A DNA stretch of 64,000 nt from an uncultured Actinomycetota bacterium (GCA_963737425.1 CAVTSX010000008.1:353681-417680), one strand, 5' to 3'; numbered from the stretch's first letter, positions 41,886 to 51,394 are shown. Notes: generated by a model from the sequence alone, not told the origin. A program made the numbers and translations.

Positions 41886-44128
41886 GCGTCGATCATTGCT
41901 CGCTCCTGCTCGACTGGCACGTCCGACTCGCGAATCCCTCGTCGCTCGTGCCATCGGGCCAGCGGCGCGGGCGCCCACCAGTTGGCCCGTCCGGCCAGTC
42001 GCATGAACGCGGGGACGAGCACCCCGCGTACGAGCGTCGCGTCCATGAGAACCGCGAGGGTGAGCCCGGTGCCGAACATCTGCATGAACGACACCTTCGA
42101 CGTGGTCATCGTCGCGAACACGATCGCCATCAGCAGGGCCGCCGCGGTGACCAGGCGGCCGGTACGGGCCAGCCCGAGCCCCACCGCGCGGGTGTTGTCG
42201 GCCGTGGTGCGTCCGGAACTCAGCCATTCCTCGCGAATGCGGGAGAGCAGGAAGACCTCGTAGTCCATGGACATCCCGAACGCCAGGCAGAACATGAGGA
42301 TCGGCATGGTCGGCACGAGATAACCGGTGATGCCGGCGCCGAACACGTTGAGGTGGCCGTCCTGGAAGATCCACACCATCGCCCCGAACGTCGCCGACAA
42401 GGACAGCGTGTTGAGCACCAGCGCCTTGAGCGGCAGCACCAGACTTCCCGTGAACAGGAACAGGATCGCGAAGGTCGCGAGCACGATGCCGCCGAGCGCC
42501 AAGGGCAGCTTGGCGCCCAGCGAGTTCAGGCTGTCGACGTTCTCGGCGGCGAGCCCGGTCAGCATCACCGGCCACGGCGCAGGCGTCGCCTTGATTTCGC
42601 CGACGAAGTGCGCCCCCTGACGCGAATAAGGGTCAATGGTCGTGCCCACCTTGAGGTACGCGCTGTTGCCCGAGGTCATCGGGGCTCCGGACGGCGGCGC
42701 CACCCGGTCACCGTGGACGTAAGTTCCCGTGGACGAGGTGACCGCCGTGACACCGTCCACAGTGGACAGACGGGTGGCGTATGAGCCGATAGCGTCGGGG
42801 GATTGCGAGATGTCGGCTGCGACAACCGTGATGGTGCCGGTCGCGTTCTGGGCGAAGTCCGAGCGCACCGAGTCGCCGACCTGACGGCTCGATGCCGATG
42901 TCTGCAGCACGCGATCGTCGGGGTAGCCGAACCGGGCGCCGAGGAATGGCGAACCGAGCACGACCAGCAATGCCGTGACGGCGAGCCCGATCGGCAAGGC
43001 CCGCCGCATCACCGTCCGCGCGATGCGGTACCAGAAGCTCTGCTCGGGTTCGACGACCGTAGGCGGCGGACGACGCAGCCAGCGGCGCACCGGCACGCGC
43101 ACGTCCAGCGAATTCACCCGGTTGCCGAGCAAGGTGAGCAGCGCGGGCAGCAGCAGCAACGCCGCCGCGGCCGCAAGCGCCACCACGGCGATGCCTGCGT
43201 ACGCGAACGAGCGCAGGAAGTACTGCGGGAACACGAGAAGCGCGGCCAGGGCCAGGGCAACCGTCAGCGCGGAGAACAGCACCGTGCGCCCGGCGGTCTG
43301 TACCGTTCGGATCACCGCTTCGTCCGAGCTCCTTCCCGCGCGGATCTCCTCGCGGTAGCGGCTCACGATGAACAGGCTGTAGTCGATGGCGAGCGCCAAG
43401 CCGAGCGCGGTGGTGAGATTGAGCGCGTATATCGAGACGTCGGTGCCCAGGGACAGTCCGCGCAACGCGGCCATGGTGCTGATGATCGAGAAGAGTCCGA
43501 CCGCCAGTGGCAGGAGCGCCGCGATCATGCTGCCGAATACCCAGATCAGGACCACCGTGGTGAGCGGAACGGCGATCGCCTCGGCCATCGCGAGGTCCTT
43601 GCGGCTCTGCTCGTTGACCTGGTGGTAGCCCATCGCGATACCGCCGGCCCGTATCTGAACCGCATCGCCGCTGTGGCTGGTGAGCGCGTCGGCGAGCTTG
43701 CCTGCTCGTTTCGGCGCCTGGTCGTCGTCGCCGGCCACGCGTGCGACGACCAGCGCGCTGCGCCCGTCGTTGCTGCGCAATCCGCCCGTGGCCTGGGCCG
43801 GCGAGGTCCAGTAGGACTGGATCTGGCTGACGTCGCGGTCGCTTGCAAGTGTGTCGACGATCCGCGCGCCCGCTGCTCGGGCCGCGCTGCTGTCGACACC
43901 CGCGCTGCTGGTCACCTGGAAGACCAGGTTCGGGTCGCCGGCGTCGAATCGGGATGCGAGCAGGTCTTTCGCCTTGCTCGACGGGGCGTGCGGGTCGGAG
44001 AACCCGCCGGCCGACAGGTGCTTGGCCACCGGAGCCCCGAGCACGAAGGCGGCGACGAAGATCAGCCCGGCAGTGGCGAGTACGCGCCGCGGTGCCCGGA
44101 TACCGAGGAGGGCGAGCCGAGTCAGCAC
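41882..44128 (-). CDS. MMPL-family (RND superfamily) membrane transporter
   Basis: 748 aa, two blocks of about six TM segments each with MMPL motifs (LALAIDYSLFIVSRYREE, GMSMDYEVFLLSRIREE). Confidence 0.9.
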   Translation of the reverse strand: MLTRLALLGIRAPRRVLATAGLIFVAAFVLGAPVAKHLSAGGFSDPHAPSSKAKDLLASRFDAGDPNLVFQVTSSAGVDSSAARAAGARIVDTLASDRDVSQIQSYWTSPAQATGGLRSNDGRSALVVARVAGDDDQAPKRAGKLADALTSHSGDAVQIRAGGIAMGYHQVNEQSRKDLAMAEAIAVPLTTVVLIWVFGSMIAALLPLAVGLFSIISTMAALRGLSLGTDVSIYALNLTTALGLALAIDYSLFIVSRYREEIRAGRSSDEAVIRTVQTAGRTVLFSALTVALALAALLVFPQYFLRSFAYAGIAVVALAAAAALLLLPALLTLLGNRVNSLDVRVPVRRWLRRPPPTVVEPEQSFWYRIARTVMRRALPIGLAVTALLVVLGSPFLGARFGYPDDRVLQTSASSRQVGDSVRSDFAQNATGTITVVAADISQSPDAIGSYATRLSTVDGVTAVTSSTGTYVHGDRVAPPSGAPMTSGNSAYLKVGTTIDPYSRQGAHFVGEIKATPAPWPVMLTGLAAENVDSLNSLGAKLPLALGGIVLATFAILFLFTGSLVLPLKALVLNTLSLSATFGAMVWIFQDGHLNVFGAGITGYLVPTMPILMFCLAFGMSMDYEVFLLSRIREEWLSSGRTTADNTRAVGLGLARTGRLVTAAALLMAIVFATMTTSKVSFMQMFGTGLTLAVLMDATLVRGVLVPAFMRLAGRANWWAPAPLARWHERRGIRESDVPVEQERAMIDA

Positions 44129-44255
44129 GGAAAGCTCCCTGGGTCGAAGATCGCGAATCCGGCTAAGTTAACGAGCCTAAGTTATCGTCGTCAACTAGTT
44201 TGCGGGCGCCGTCTCAGGCGGCTGCCAGAGTCAGCCGGAAGCCGCCCAGATTCCG

Positions 44256-44344
44256 TTGAGTGGTGCATTTCGGTCTCGAGTGGTGCGTTTCGGGCTCGAG
44301 TGGTGCGTTATAACTCACCACTCGAGCCCAAACGCACCACTCAA
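44256..44344. repeat. 89-bp dyad element, family 2, copy G (three direct + two inverted cores), 35 nt upstream of mqnE
   Basis: TTGAGTGGTGC-ATTTCGGTC-TCGAGTGGTGC-GTTTCGGGC-TCGAGTGGTGCGTTATAACTCACCACTCGA-GCCCAAAC-GCACCACTCAA. Confidence 0.85.
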
Positions 44345-44378
44345 CGGAAGTCGTCGGACGCGCACGTACCCTCGACGC

Positions 44379-45524
44379 ATGCCGTTGACCGAATCCCGCA
44401 AGGCCGAACTGACCGACAAGATCGAGGCCGGGAAGCGCCTGTCCTACGACGACGGCGTCGACCTCTACGAGTCGGACGATCTCGCCTGGCTCGGCGGCCT
44501 CGCCCACGGTGTCCGCACCGCCAAGAACGGCAATGTCACCTACTTCAACGTCAACCGGCATCTGAACCTGACGAACGTCTGCACCGCGTCCTGCGCGTAC
44601 TGCAGCTTCCAGCGCAAGCCCGGCCAGGCCGACGCGTACACCATGCGCGTCGAGGAGGCCGTCGAGAAGGCGTTGGCTATGAAGGACGACGGCATCACCG
44701 AACTGCACATCGTCAACGGCCTGCACCCGACGCTGCCGTGGAAGTACTACCCGCGCGTGCTGCGCGAGCTCAAGGCCGCGCTGCCGGGCGTCGCGCTCAA
44801 GTGCTTCACCGCCACCGAGATCCACTTCTTCGAAGAGATCTCCGGCCTGTCGGCCGACGCGATCCTCGACGAGCTCATCGACGCCGGCCTCGAATCACTC
44901 ACCGGCGGCGGCGCCGAGATCTTCGACTGGGACGTGCGCAAGCAGATCGTCGATCACAAGACGCACTGGGAGGACTGGTCGCGCATCCACCGCGTGGCCC
45001 ATGGCAAGGGCCTGCGCACGCCGGCCACCATGCTCTACGGCCACATCGAGGAGCCGCGTCACCGCGTCGACCACGTCATGCGCCTGCGTGAGTTGCAGGA
45101 CGAGACGGGCGGCTTTGTGGTCTTCATCCCGCTGCGGTTCCACAACGACAACAACCGGCTCTCGCACCTGCCCATGGCCCAGCCCGCGGATGTGCTCAAG
45201 ACGTTCGCCGTCTCCCGTCTGATGCTCGACAACTTCGATCACGTCAAGGTGTTCTGGGTGATGCACGGCCTTTCGACCTCGCAGCTCGCGCTGAACTACG
45301 GCGCCGACGACATGGACGGCTCAGTCGTCGAGTACAAGATCACGCACGACGCCGACGGGTTCGGCACCCCGGACAAGCTGACCCGCGACGATCTCCTGAA
45401 CCTCATCCGCGACGCCGGCTTCACCCCGACGGAGCGCAACACGCGTTACGAGATCGTGCGCGAGTACGACGCGCCGGTGCCGCTGGCCGAGCGCCGAGCC
45501 GAGCCGCAGGCCGTCTGGGCGTGA
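44379..45524 (+). CDS. mqnE: Radical SAM aminofutalosine synthase (MqnE type)
   Basis: Start MPLTESRKAEL. FNVNRHLNLTNVCTASCAYCSF radical-SAM CxxxCxxC in the MqnE-like context. The track start at 44256 lies in the repeat and is rejected. Confidence 0.8.
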   Translation: MPLTESRKAELTDKIEAGKRLSYDDGVDLYESDDLAWLGGLAHGVRTAKNGNVTYFNVNRHLNLTNVCTASCAYCSFQRKPGQADAYTMRVEEAVEKALAMKDDGITELHIVNGLHPTLPWKYYPRVLRELKAALPGVALKCFTATEIHFFEEISGLSADAILDELIDAGLESLTGGGAEIFDWDVRKQIVDHKTHWEDWSRIHRVAHGKGLRTPATMLYGHIEEPRHRVDHVMRLRELQDETGGFVVFIPLRFHNDNNRLSHLPMAQPADVLKTFAVSRLMLDNFDHVKVFWVMHGLSTSQLALNYGADDMDGSVVEYKITHDADGFGTPDKLTRDDLLNLIRDAGFTPTERNTRYEIVREYDAPVPLAERRAEPQAVWA

Positions 45525-45538
45525 TCCGGGTGATTTTG

Positions 45539-45590
45539 CGAGTTGTCATGCCTCGCCCGCGCGAGCGGACGCCGAAGGCATGACAACTCG
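45539..45590 (+). terminator. Perfect 15-bp-stem hairpin after mqnE
   Basis: CGAGTTGTCATGCCT-(22 nt loop)-AGGCATGACAACTCG, 15 nt after the stop. The left arm recurs alone at 61224-61236 after dacB. Confidence 0.5.
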
Positions 45591-45615
45591 GCAGGGCAAC
45601 AGTGAGGGGGCTGAG

Positions 45616-45894
45616 GTGACCGAGCAACCGTCGTTCGGGCGCTCGATGAGCGCGATGTGGCTGTACACCGTCTTGCGCTTCGGGCTGTTCTTCGCACTGT
45701 TCGGGCTGCTCTGGCTTGTCGGCGTCAAGGGGTTCCTCGGCGCCATCATCGCGCTGGTGCTCTCGGTGCCGCTGTCGTTCGTCCTGCTGGCCAAGCCGCG
45801 CGCGGCCTTCGCCGCGGTGCTCGAGCAGCGCATGAACGCTCGCCGGGCCCGGCAGGCCGAACTGGACGCGAAGCTGCGCGGCGACGATGAGTAA
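45616..45894 (+). CDS. DUF4229-like small membrane protein
   Basis: GTG start with GAGGGGG SD. WLYTVLRFGLFFALFGLLWLVGVKGFLGAIIALVLSVPLSFVLL, then a basic helix. Confidence 0.7.
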   Translation: MTEQPSFGRSMSAMWLYTVLRFGLFFALFGLLWLVGVKGFLGAIIALVLSVPLSFVLLAKPRAAFAAVLEQRMNARRARQAELDAKLRGDDE

Positions 45895-45946
45895 GCACTG
45901 TGCTCTGACAAATCACACTGGGCGCTGAGTTCGGGACGGGCGCAAA

Positions 45947-46408
45947 ATGATGGGCATGACTGCGCCGTTCCCTCCGGGTATCCGCATCGGCAACGACGAG
46001 CGAGCAGCCGCGATTTCGGCTCTCGACGAGCACATGTCGGCCGGACGCCTCGATCCGGACGAGTATGGCCAGCGGGTGGGCCAGGCCAGCGTCGCCCGCA
46101 CCCGTGAGGGGCTCGACGAGCTGTTCACCGATCTGCCCGCCCCGCATCCGTTTGGCGCGCCGCCACCGACTGCGTGGCCGAAGGCGGGCCGCCAGCGGCC
46201 GAGCGTCTTCGCCGAGCGCGTGGTGCGGCGCTACGCCGGCGACTCCACGCTCGTACGCATCACGATGCTGGTGCTGGCCGCCCTGGTGTTCCTCGTCGCG
46301 TTGCCGTTCATCATCCTCGGCGCAGTCCTCGTCTTCGTGGTGCTGCCGATACTTGCGAGCCGCGGTTTGGGCGGGCGGGTCCGGTACCGCCGAGCCTGGC
46401 GCTGGTAG
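45947..46408 (+). CDS. DUF1707 (SHOCT-like) domain membrane protein
   Basis: IRIGNDERAAAISALDEHMSAGRLDPDEYGQRVGQA DUF1707 motif. C-terminal TM segments. Confidence 0.75.
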   Translation: MMGMTAPFPPGIRIGNDERAAAISALDEHMSAGRLDPDEYGQRVGQASVARTREGLDELFTDLPAPHPFGAPPPTAWPKAGRQRPSVFAERVVRRYAGDSTLVRITMLVLAALVFLVALPFIILGAVLVFVVLPILASRGLGGRVRYRRAWRW

Positions 46409-46461
46409 CCACGCTCAGCCGAGCCACCCCCTCCGTGTGGCGGCACCTTTAACCTGACGGG

Positions 46462-47265
46462 GTGCCCACCTTCACCAGCTATGACGGTCTTGAGTTGACG
46501 TGCCACGTGCTGGGCGACGGCGATCCGGTCGTCGTCCTGCCCGGCGGGCCGCTGCGCGCAACGCGTTACCTGGGCGACCTCGGCGGACTCGATGCCCACC
46601 GCGAGCTCGTCCTGCTCGAATTGCCGCACCGGCGCGTCGACCACATCGTCAACGATCTTGAAGCCCTGCGCGAGCACCTGCGGGCCGAACGCCTCGACGT
46701 CATCGCGCATTCAGCCGGGGCGAACCTCGCCGAGATCTACGCGGCCACCCACCCCGACCGGCTGGGCAAGCTCGCGCTCATCACACCGGGAAGCCTCGCC
46801 GTGGGCATCGATCAACCCGACGACGAATGGCTCGTCGCGCTGCGCGAACGCGAGGTTGAGCCGTGGTACGACACCGCCTACGCAGCGATCAACGCGTGGA
46901 ATGACGGCGACGACTCGCCGGAGAACCGGGCCGCGGCCATGCCGTTCTTCTACGGCCGCTGGGACGCCGCCGCGCAGGCGCACGCTGCCGCCACGCCGGA
47001 CGAACTGACGCCGGAGGCAGCCGCGATCTACCACGCCGAGGGTTCCCTCGATCCGGCGACCACGTCAGCTGCCCTGGCGAACGTGCCCGCCGATGTGCTC
47101 GTGCTGATCGGCGGCCTCGACACCTCACCCACCCGCAAGGAGGGCGAGGCACTGGCTGCGCTCTTCCCGAAGGCCAAAGTGGTCGTGCAGCCCGGGGCCG
47201 GCCATTACCCGTGGCTGGACGACCCGAGCGCGTTCGTCCGGACGCTGGCAGGATTCTTCAGCTGA
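46462..47265 (+). CDS. Alpha/beta hydrolase
   Basis: VVVLPGGP, nucleophile elbow VIAHSAGAN, C-terminal GAGHYPWLD. Confidence 0.85.
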   Translation: MPTFTSYDGLELTCHVLGDGDPVVVLPGGPLRATRYLGDLGGLDAHRELVLLELPHRRVDHIVNDLEALREHLRAERLDVIAHSAGANLAEIYAATHPDRLGKLALITPGSLAVGIDQPDDEWLVALREREVEPWYDTAYAAINAWNDGDDSPENRAAAMPFFYGRWDAAAQAHAAATPDELTPEAAAIYHAEGSLDPATTSAALANVPADVLVLIGGLDTSPTRKEGEALAALFPKAKVVVQPGAGHYPWLDDPSAFVRTLAGFFS

Positions 47266-48034
47266 TCAGGGCGGTGATCTCGTCGACCACCTGGCGCGAT
47301 CCGGCGATGTGCCAGCGTCGCGCGCCGAGCGAAACGACGTTCGTCGCCCCGCCCGCAGCATGGACGAGCGCGGCACCCGGCAGCCAGTCCCAGTCGGCGC
47401 AGTCGTACTGCACCCAGGCGCCCAGCCGGCCGGCGGCGACCGAGGCGAGCTCGATCGAACCCGAGCCGAGCATCCGCACGGTCGCCGCACCGCGCAGTGC
47501 GCGCAGCAGTGGCAGGCGCACTTCGTCGTCGGGCAGTGTGTCCGGATGCAGGTAGCTCGCCAAGGACACCTGACTCAGCGCTCTGTTCTCCAGGCGCGCG
47601 ACCGGGTCGCCGTTGCGGGTGGCCGGATGGTCGCGCCCGCCCAGCCACAACTCGTCGCTCGCCGGGTGGTAGATCGCGCCGAGCACCGGGCCCTCCGCGT
47701 CAGCCGATTCGACCGATTCGACCGACTCGACCAGGGCGACGGCTGAGCACCAGAACGGCAGCCCGGACAGGAAGTTGTACGTGCCGTCGACCGGGTCGAT
47801 GAACCAGGTGCGGGCGCCGGGTTCGTTCGTGCCCTCCTCGCCCACGAGCCCGTCGCCGGGACGCTCGATGCGCAAGCGGGAGACGATCAGCTCCTCGGCG
47901 GCCTGGTCTGCTGCGGACACGACGTCGGAAACGGACGTCTTGTGCTTCACCTGCAGCCCCGCACGGAGCATCTCGCCGGCCAGGACGCCCGCTTCGCGCA
48001 CCAGCGAAGCGGCCAGTTCAAGGTCGTCCGACAT
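47258..48034 (-). CDS. Inositol monophosphatase family protein
   Basis: Start MSDDLELAASLV. GEEG and WFIDPVDGTYNF motifs. WDWLPGAALV C-terminal motif. Confidence 0.85.
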   Translation of the reverse strand: MSDDLELAASLVREAGVLAGEMLRAGLQVKHKTSVSDVVSAADQAAEELIVSRLRIERPGDGLVGEEGTNEPGARTWFIDPVDGTYNFLSGLPFWCSAVALVESVESVESADAEGPVLGAIYHPASDELWLGGRDHPATRNGDPVARLENRALSQVSLASYLHPDTLPDDEVRLPLLRALRGAATVRMLGSGSIELASVAAGRLGAWVQYDCADWDWLPGAALVHAAGGATNVVSLGARRWHIAGSRQVVDEITALIS

Positions 48035-48272
48035 GCTCGCGACCCTACCCATGCCCGGCGAGTGTGAGACCTCAACCTGTTCCTCTCCGACGGCGAGGCG
48101 GCCTTCCAGGAGGTATTCCTCATGCACCTGCACGTGTTCCCCCGCTACCCCGGAGGCGGGTTCCGCCTCGACGCCGAGTGGCGCACCCGCGACCGCCGCG
48201 AGCTGAACGCGACCGAGCCAACCACTGGCCTCGGGCACCGTCTTGTCGGCCTTCCCGGACCCGGGTGACCCG

Positions 48273-48660
48273 TCAGAGCGGCATCCTTGTCTCGGCCAGT
48301 GACAGCTCCCGCTCGACCTCCGCGGGGCCGAAGTGGCGGATCACCCAGTCCACCTGACGCAGGCTCATCGCCGCCCAGAAGGTGAGGTTGGGTGGCGGGA
48401 CGTCCCGCCGGTCGACCAGCAGGTCGCGGCATCGGTCGATCATCTCGACCGTGGCCGCCACGACGCCTGGGTCGGCACGATCGGGTCAATGGCCCGGTAG
48501 CCGCTCCTGCACGATCGCCACAGCACCGGGCACCTCGGCGATCAGGTCGTAGCGCGGCACCGGAAGACCGCGTCCGCGCGCGACCCGACTCGTTGACCGC
48601 ATCGACGAAACTCCGCGCGTCGAGCCGCCGTACGGGGGCGAGCGCGGGATTGTCGGACAC
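48273..48660 (-). pseudogene. Frameshifted, stop-interrupted gene remnant (phosphotransferase-like?)
   Basis: Minus-strand frame a: VSDNPALAPVRRLDARSFVDAVNESGRA. It then shifts to frame b: GLPVPRYDLIAEVPGAVAIVQERLPGH*PDRADPGVVAATVEMIDRCRDLLVDRRDVPPPNLTFWAAMSLRQVDWVIRHFGPAEVERELSLAETRMPL*. GLPVPR...ERLPG resembles the N-lobe of APH-type kinases. It is too short to be intact. Confidence 0.3.
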
Positions 48661-48733
48661 GACCGCCGAATCTAGCGGCCGGCCCGGCCTGGAGGAAACG
48701 ACCTTGAGCCAGCCACGGGCGGTGCTGGCGTAG

Positions 48734-49579
<846 letters not shown>

Positions 49580-49630
49580 GCCCTAAGAATTCGCTGTCGC
49601 GCACTGGCCGCAGACGGCACGCTGTCGCTC

Positions 49631-50425
49631 GTGACAACCCGAGAGGCGCTTCTTGCTGCCTACGACTCGCAAGTACGCACCGCCCTGGCCACCCGCCTGC
49701 CCGCAGGAGTCAGCTGCGAGTGGGACGGTCCGTTGCTGCGCTGCACCGGGATGCATCGCGGCTTCGTGAACTATCGCGACCTGGGTGGTTTGCGTGGTGC
49801 CAACCTCGATGCCGTCATTGCTCGCACTCGCGACTTCTTCGCCGCGCGCAACGAGTCGTTCGAGTGGAAGACGCATTCGCACGACGAACCGGCCGACCTC
49901 ATCGATCGCCTGCGCGCACACGGGTTCGTGCCCGAGGACGCCGAGTCCGTAGTCATCGGCGAGACCGCGATGTTGGCGCGCGAGCCGGCGCTGCCCGGCG
50001 GCGTGACGCTGCGCGAAGTCGACAAGCCCGCCGACTTCGCGCGGGTTGCGGCCATGGAGTCCGAGGTCTGGGGCGAGGACTGGTCGTGGTTGGCCGACGA
50101 CCTCGCCAGTCGCGCTGCCGCCGATCCCGACATCCTGACCGTGCTCGTCGCGGAGGCCGACGGAGTCGTCGTCAGCGCGGCATGGCTCGCCTACAACCCG
50201 GGCACCGAGTTCGCGGGCCTCTGGGGCGGTTCGACCCTGGCCGCCTGGCGCGGGCGTGGAATCTACCGCGCGCTGGTTGCCCGCCGCGCCCAGCTCGCCG
50301 CCGAGCGCGGCGTCAAGTACCTGCAGGTGGACGCATCCGACAACAGCCGGCCCATCCTCGAACGCCTCGGCTTCGTCAAGGTGACGACCACGACGCCCTA
50401 CATCTGGACGCCCGCACCGAACTGA
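49631..50425 (+). CDS. GNAT family N-acetyltransferase
   Basis: WGGSTLAAWRGRGIYRALVARRAQLAAERGVKYLQVDASDNSRPILERLGF acetyl-CoA-binding core. Confidence 0.85.
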   Translation: MTTREALLAAYDSQVRTALATRLPAGVSCEWDGPLLRCTGMHRGFVNYRDLGGLRGANLDAVIARTRDFFAARNESFEWKTHSHDEPADLIDRLRAHGFVPEDAESVVIGETAMLAREPALPGGVTLREVDKPADFARVAAMESEVWGEDWSWLADDLASRAAADPDILTVLVAEADGVVVSAAWLAYNPGTEFAGLWGGSTLAAWRGRGIYRALVARRAQLAAERGVKYLQVDASDNSRPILERLGFVKVTTTTPYIWTPAPN

Positions 50426-50481
50426 CCCGATCGTGCAACTCTCGGCGTCGTAGGGACGCCCTGGGTTGCACAATCGGTCAG
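50422..50481. terminator. Long hairpin spanning both stop codons of convergent genes (bidirectional terminator candidate)
   Basis: CTGACCC-GATCGTGCAAC-tctcGGCGTC-gtagg-GACGCCctgg-GTTGCACAATC-GGTCAG. The outer stem GATCGTGCAAC/GTTGCAC(G/A)ATC is the same as in the 12108-12154 hairpin. Confidence 0.55.
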
Positions 50482-50951
50482 GACGTGCGGTCTGACATCG
50501 ACTCGGCGAACCGGCGCAAGATCATCGCCCAGCCGACGTCGTAGCTGCCGCGCTTCGCACCGAGCGCCTCGAGGTCGGTGCCGCTGAGTTGCTCCCATCC
50601 GCGATGCTCGACCTGCACCCGGGTCAGCGACGGCCCGAGCGGGCGAAACGTCAACTCCACCTCGGTGACGGCCGGCGCCATGATGTCCCACGTCAGGACG
50701 AAACGAGTCGGTGGCTCCCAGGCAAGAAGCGTTCCCCAGGTACGCGTCTGCCCGTCCGCCCAGGTCTCGTAGACCCGCCCGCCGACTCGCTCTTCGAAGG
50801 TGACACCTACAACCTCGTGCTGGCCCTGCGAGTGCGTCTGCAGTGGCCACCACTGGTCGAGCTTGCGGACGAAGATGTCGAAGGTGTGCTGGGCGCTGCT
50901 GCGTACCGTCGTGGCCTGGCGGATCGGGGGCCGCATTGGCGTGACCGTCAT
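50478..50951 (-). CDS. SRPBCC (Aha1/START-like) domain protein
   Basis: HTFDIFVRKLDQWWPLQTHS...VLTWDI typical AHSA1-like protein. ATGA overlap with the ArsR gene. Confidence 0.85.
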   Translation of the reverse strand: MTVTPMRPPIRQATTVRSSAQHTFDIFVRKLDQWWPLQTHSQGQHEVVGVTFEERVGGRVYETWADGQTRTWGTLLAWEPPTRFVLTWDIMAPAVTEVELTFRPLGPSLTRVQVEHRGWEQLSGTDLEALGAKRGSYDVGWAMILRRFAESMSDRTS

Positions 50952-51292
50952 CCGACACCTGCCTCGCGGTCGTCTTCGCGTCCGGCGTCAGCCTCTACGA
51001 GTCGGCGGGCGATGTCCAGGGACGAGGCCCAGAGGTCGTCGAGCAGCTCGCGCAGGGCCTGCAGGCCGGATGGCTCCGCCCGATACATCCGGCGCGTCCC
51101 GTCCCGGCGTTCGACGAGCAGGCCGGCGTTCTTGAGCACGGTCAGGTGCTGGCTCACGGCCGGCCGGGTCACGTCGAAGGCTGCCGCGATCTCTCCGGCG
51201 GACAGCTCGTCGTGCGCGACGAGCTGCAAGATCGCGCGCCGGCGCGGTTCGGCCAGCGCCCGTAGCGCCTCGTCGGTGGCGTCGGTGCTCAT
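50948..51292 (-). CDS. ArsR/SmtB family transcriptional regulator
   Basis: Start MSTDATDEALRALAEPRRRAILQLV. HTH LSAGEIAAAFDVTRPAVSQHLTVLKNAGLL. The track N-terminal extension (MGSCKCPPAAELP) is a translation of repeat copy E and is rejected. Confidence 0.9.
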   Translation of the reverse strand: MSTDATDEALRALAEPRRRAILQLVAHDELSAGEIAAAFDVTRPAVSQHLTVLKNAGLLVERRDGTRRMYRAEPSGLQALRELLDDLWASSLDIARRLVEADAGREDDREAGVG

Positions 51293-51312
51293 AGCGCGCT
51301 CCGCATCAGCCC

Positions 51313-51376
51313 GGGTGGGCAGTTCCGCCGCAGGTGGGCACTTGCAACTGCCCACCTGCGGGCCAACTGCCCACCT
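51313..51376. repeat. 64-bp dyad element, family 1, copy E, 21 nt upstream of the ArsR start
   Basis: GGGTGGGCAGTTCCGCCGCAGGTGGGCACTTGCAACTGCCCACCTGCGGGCCAACTGCCCACCT. Confidence 0.9.
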
Positions 51377-51394
51377 GCGTAACCTGCTCGGCGC

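Noticed and set aside
50948-51355. ORF starts that begin inside dyad repeats: ArsR from 51355 (MGSCKCPPAAELP), ubiX from 40014, mqnE from 44256, and the + ORFs 28451..28717 and 30490..30681.
   Set aside because: These stretches are open only because the repeats lack stop codons in several frames. Conserved protein N-termini begin downstream of them.
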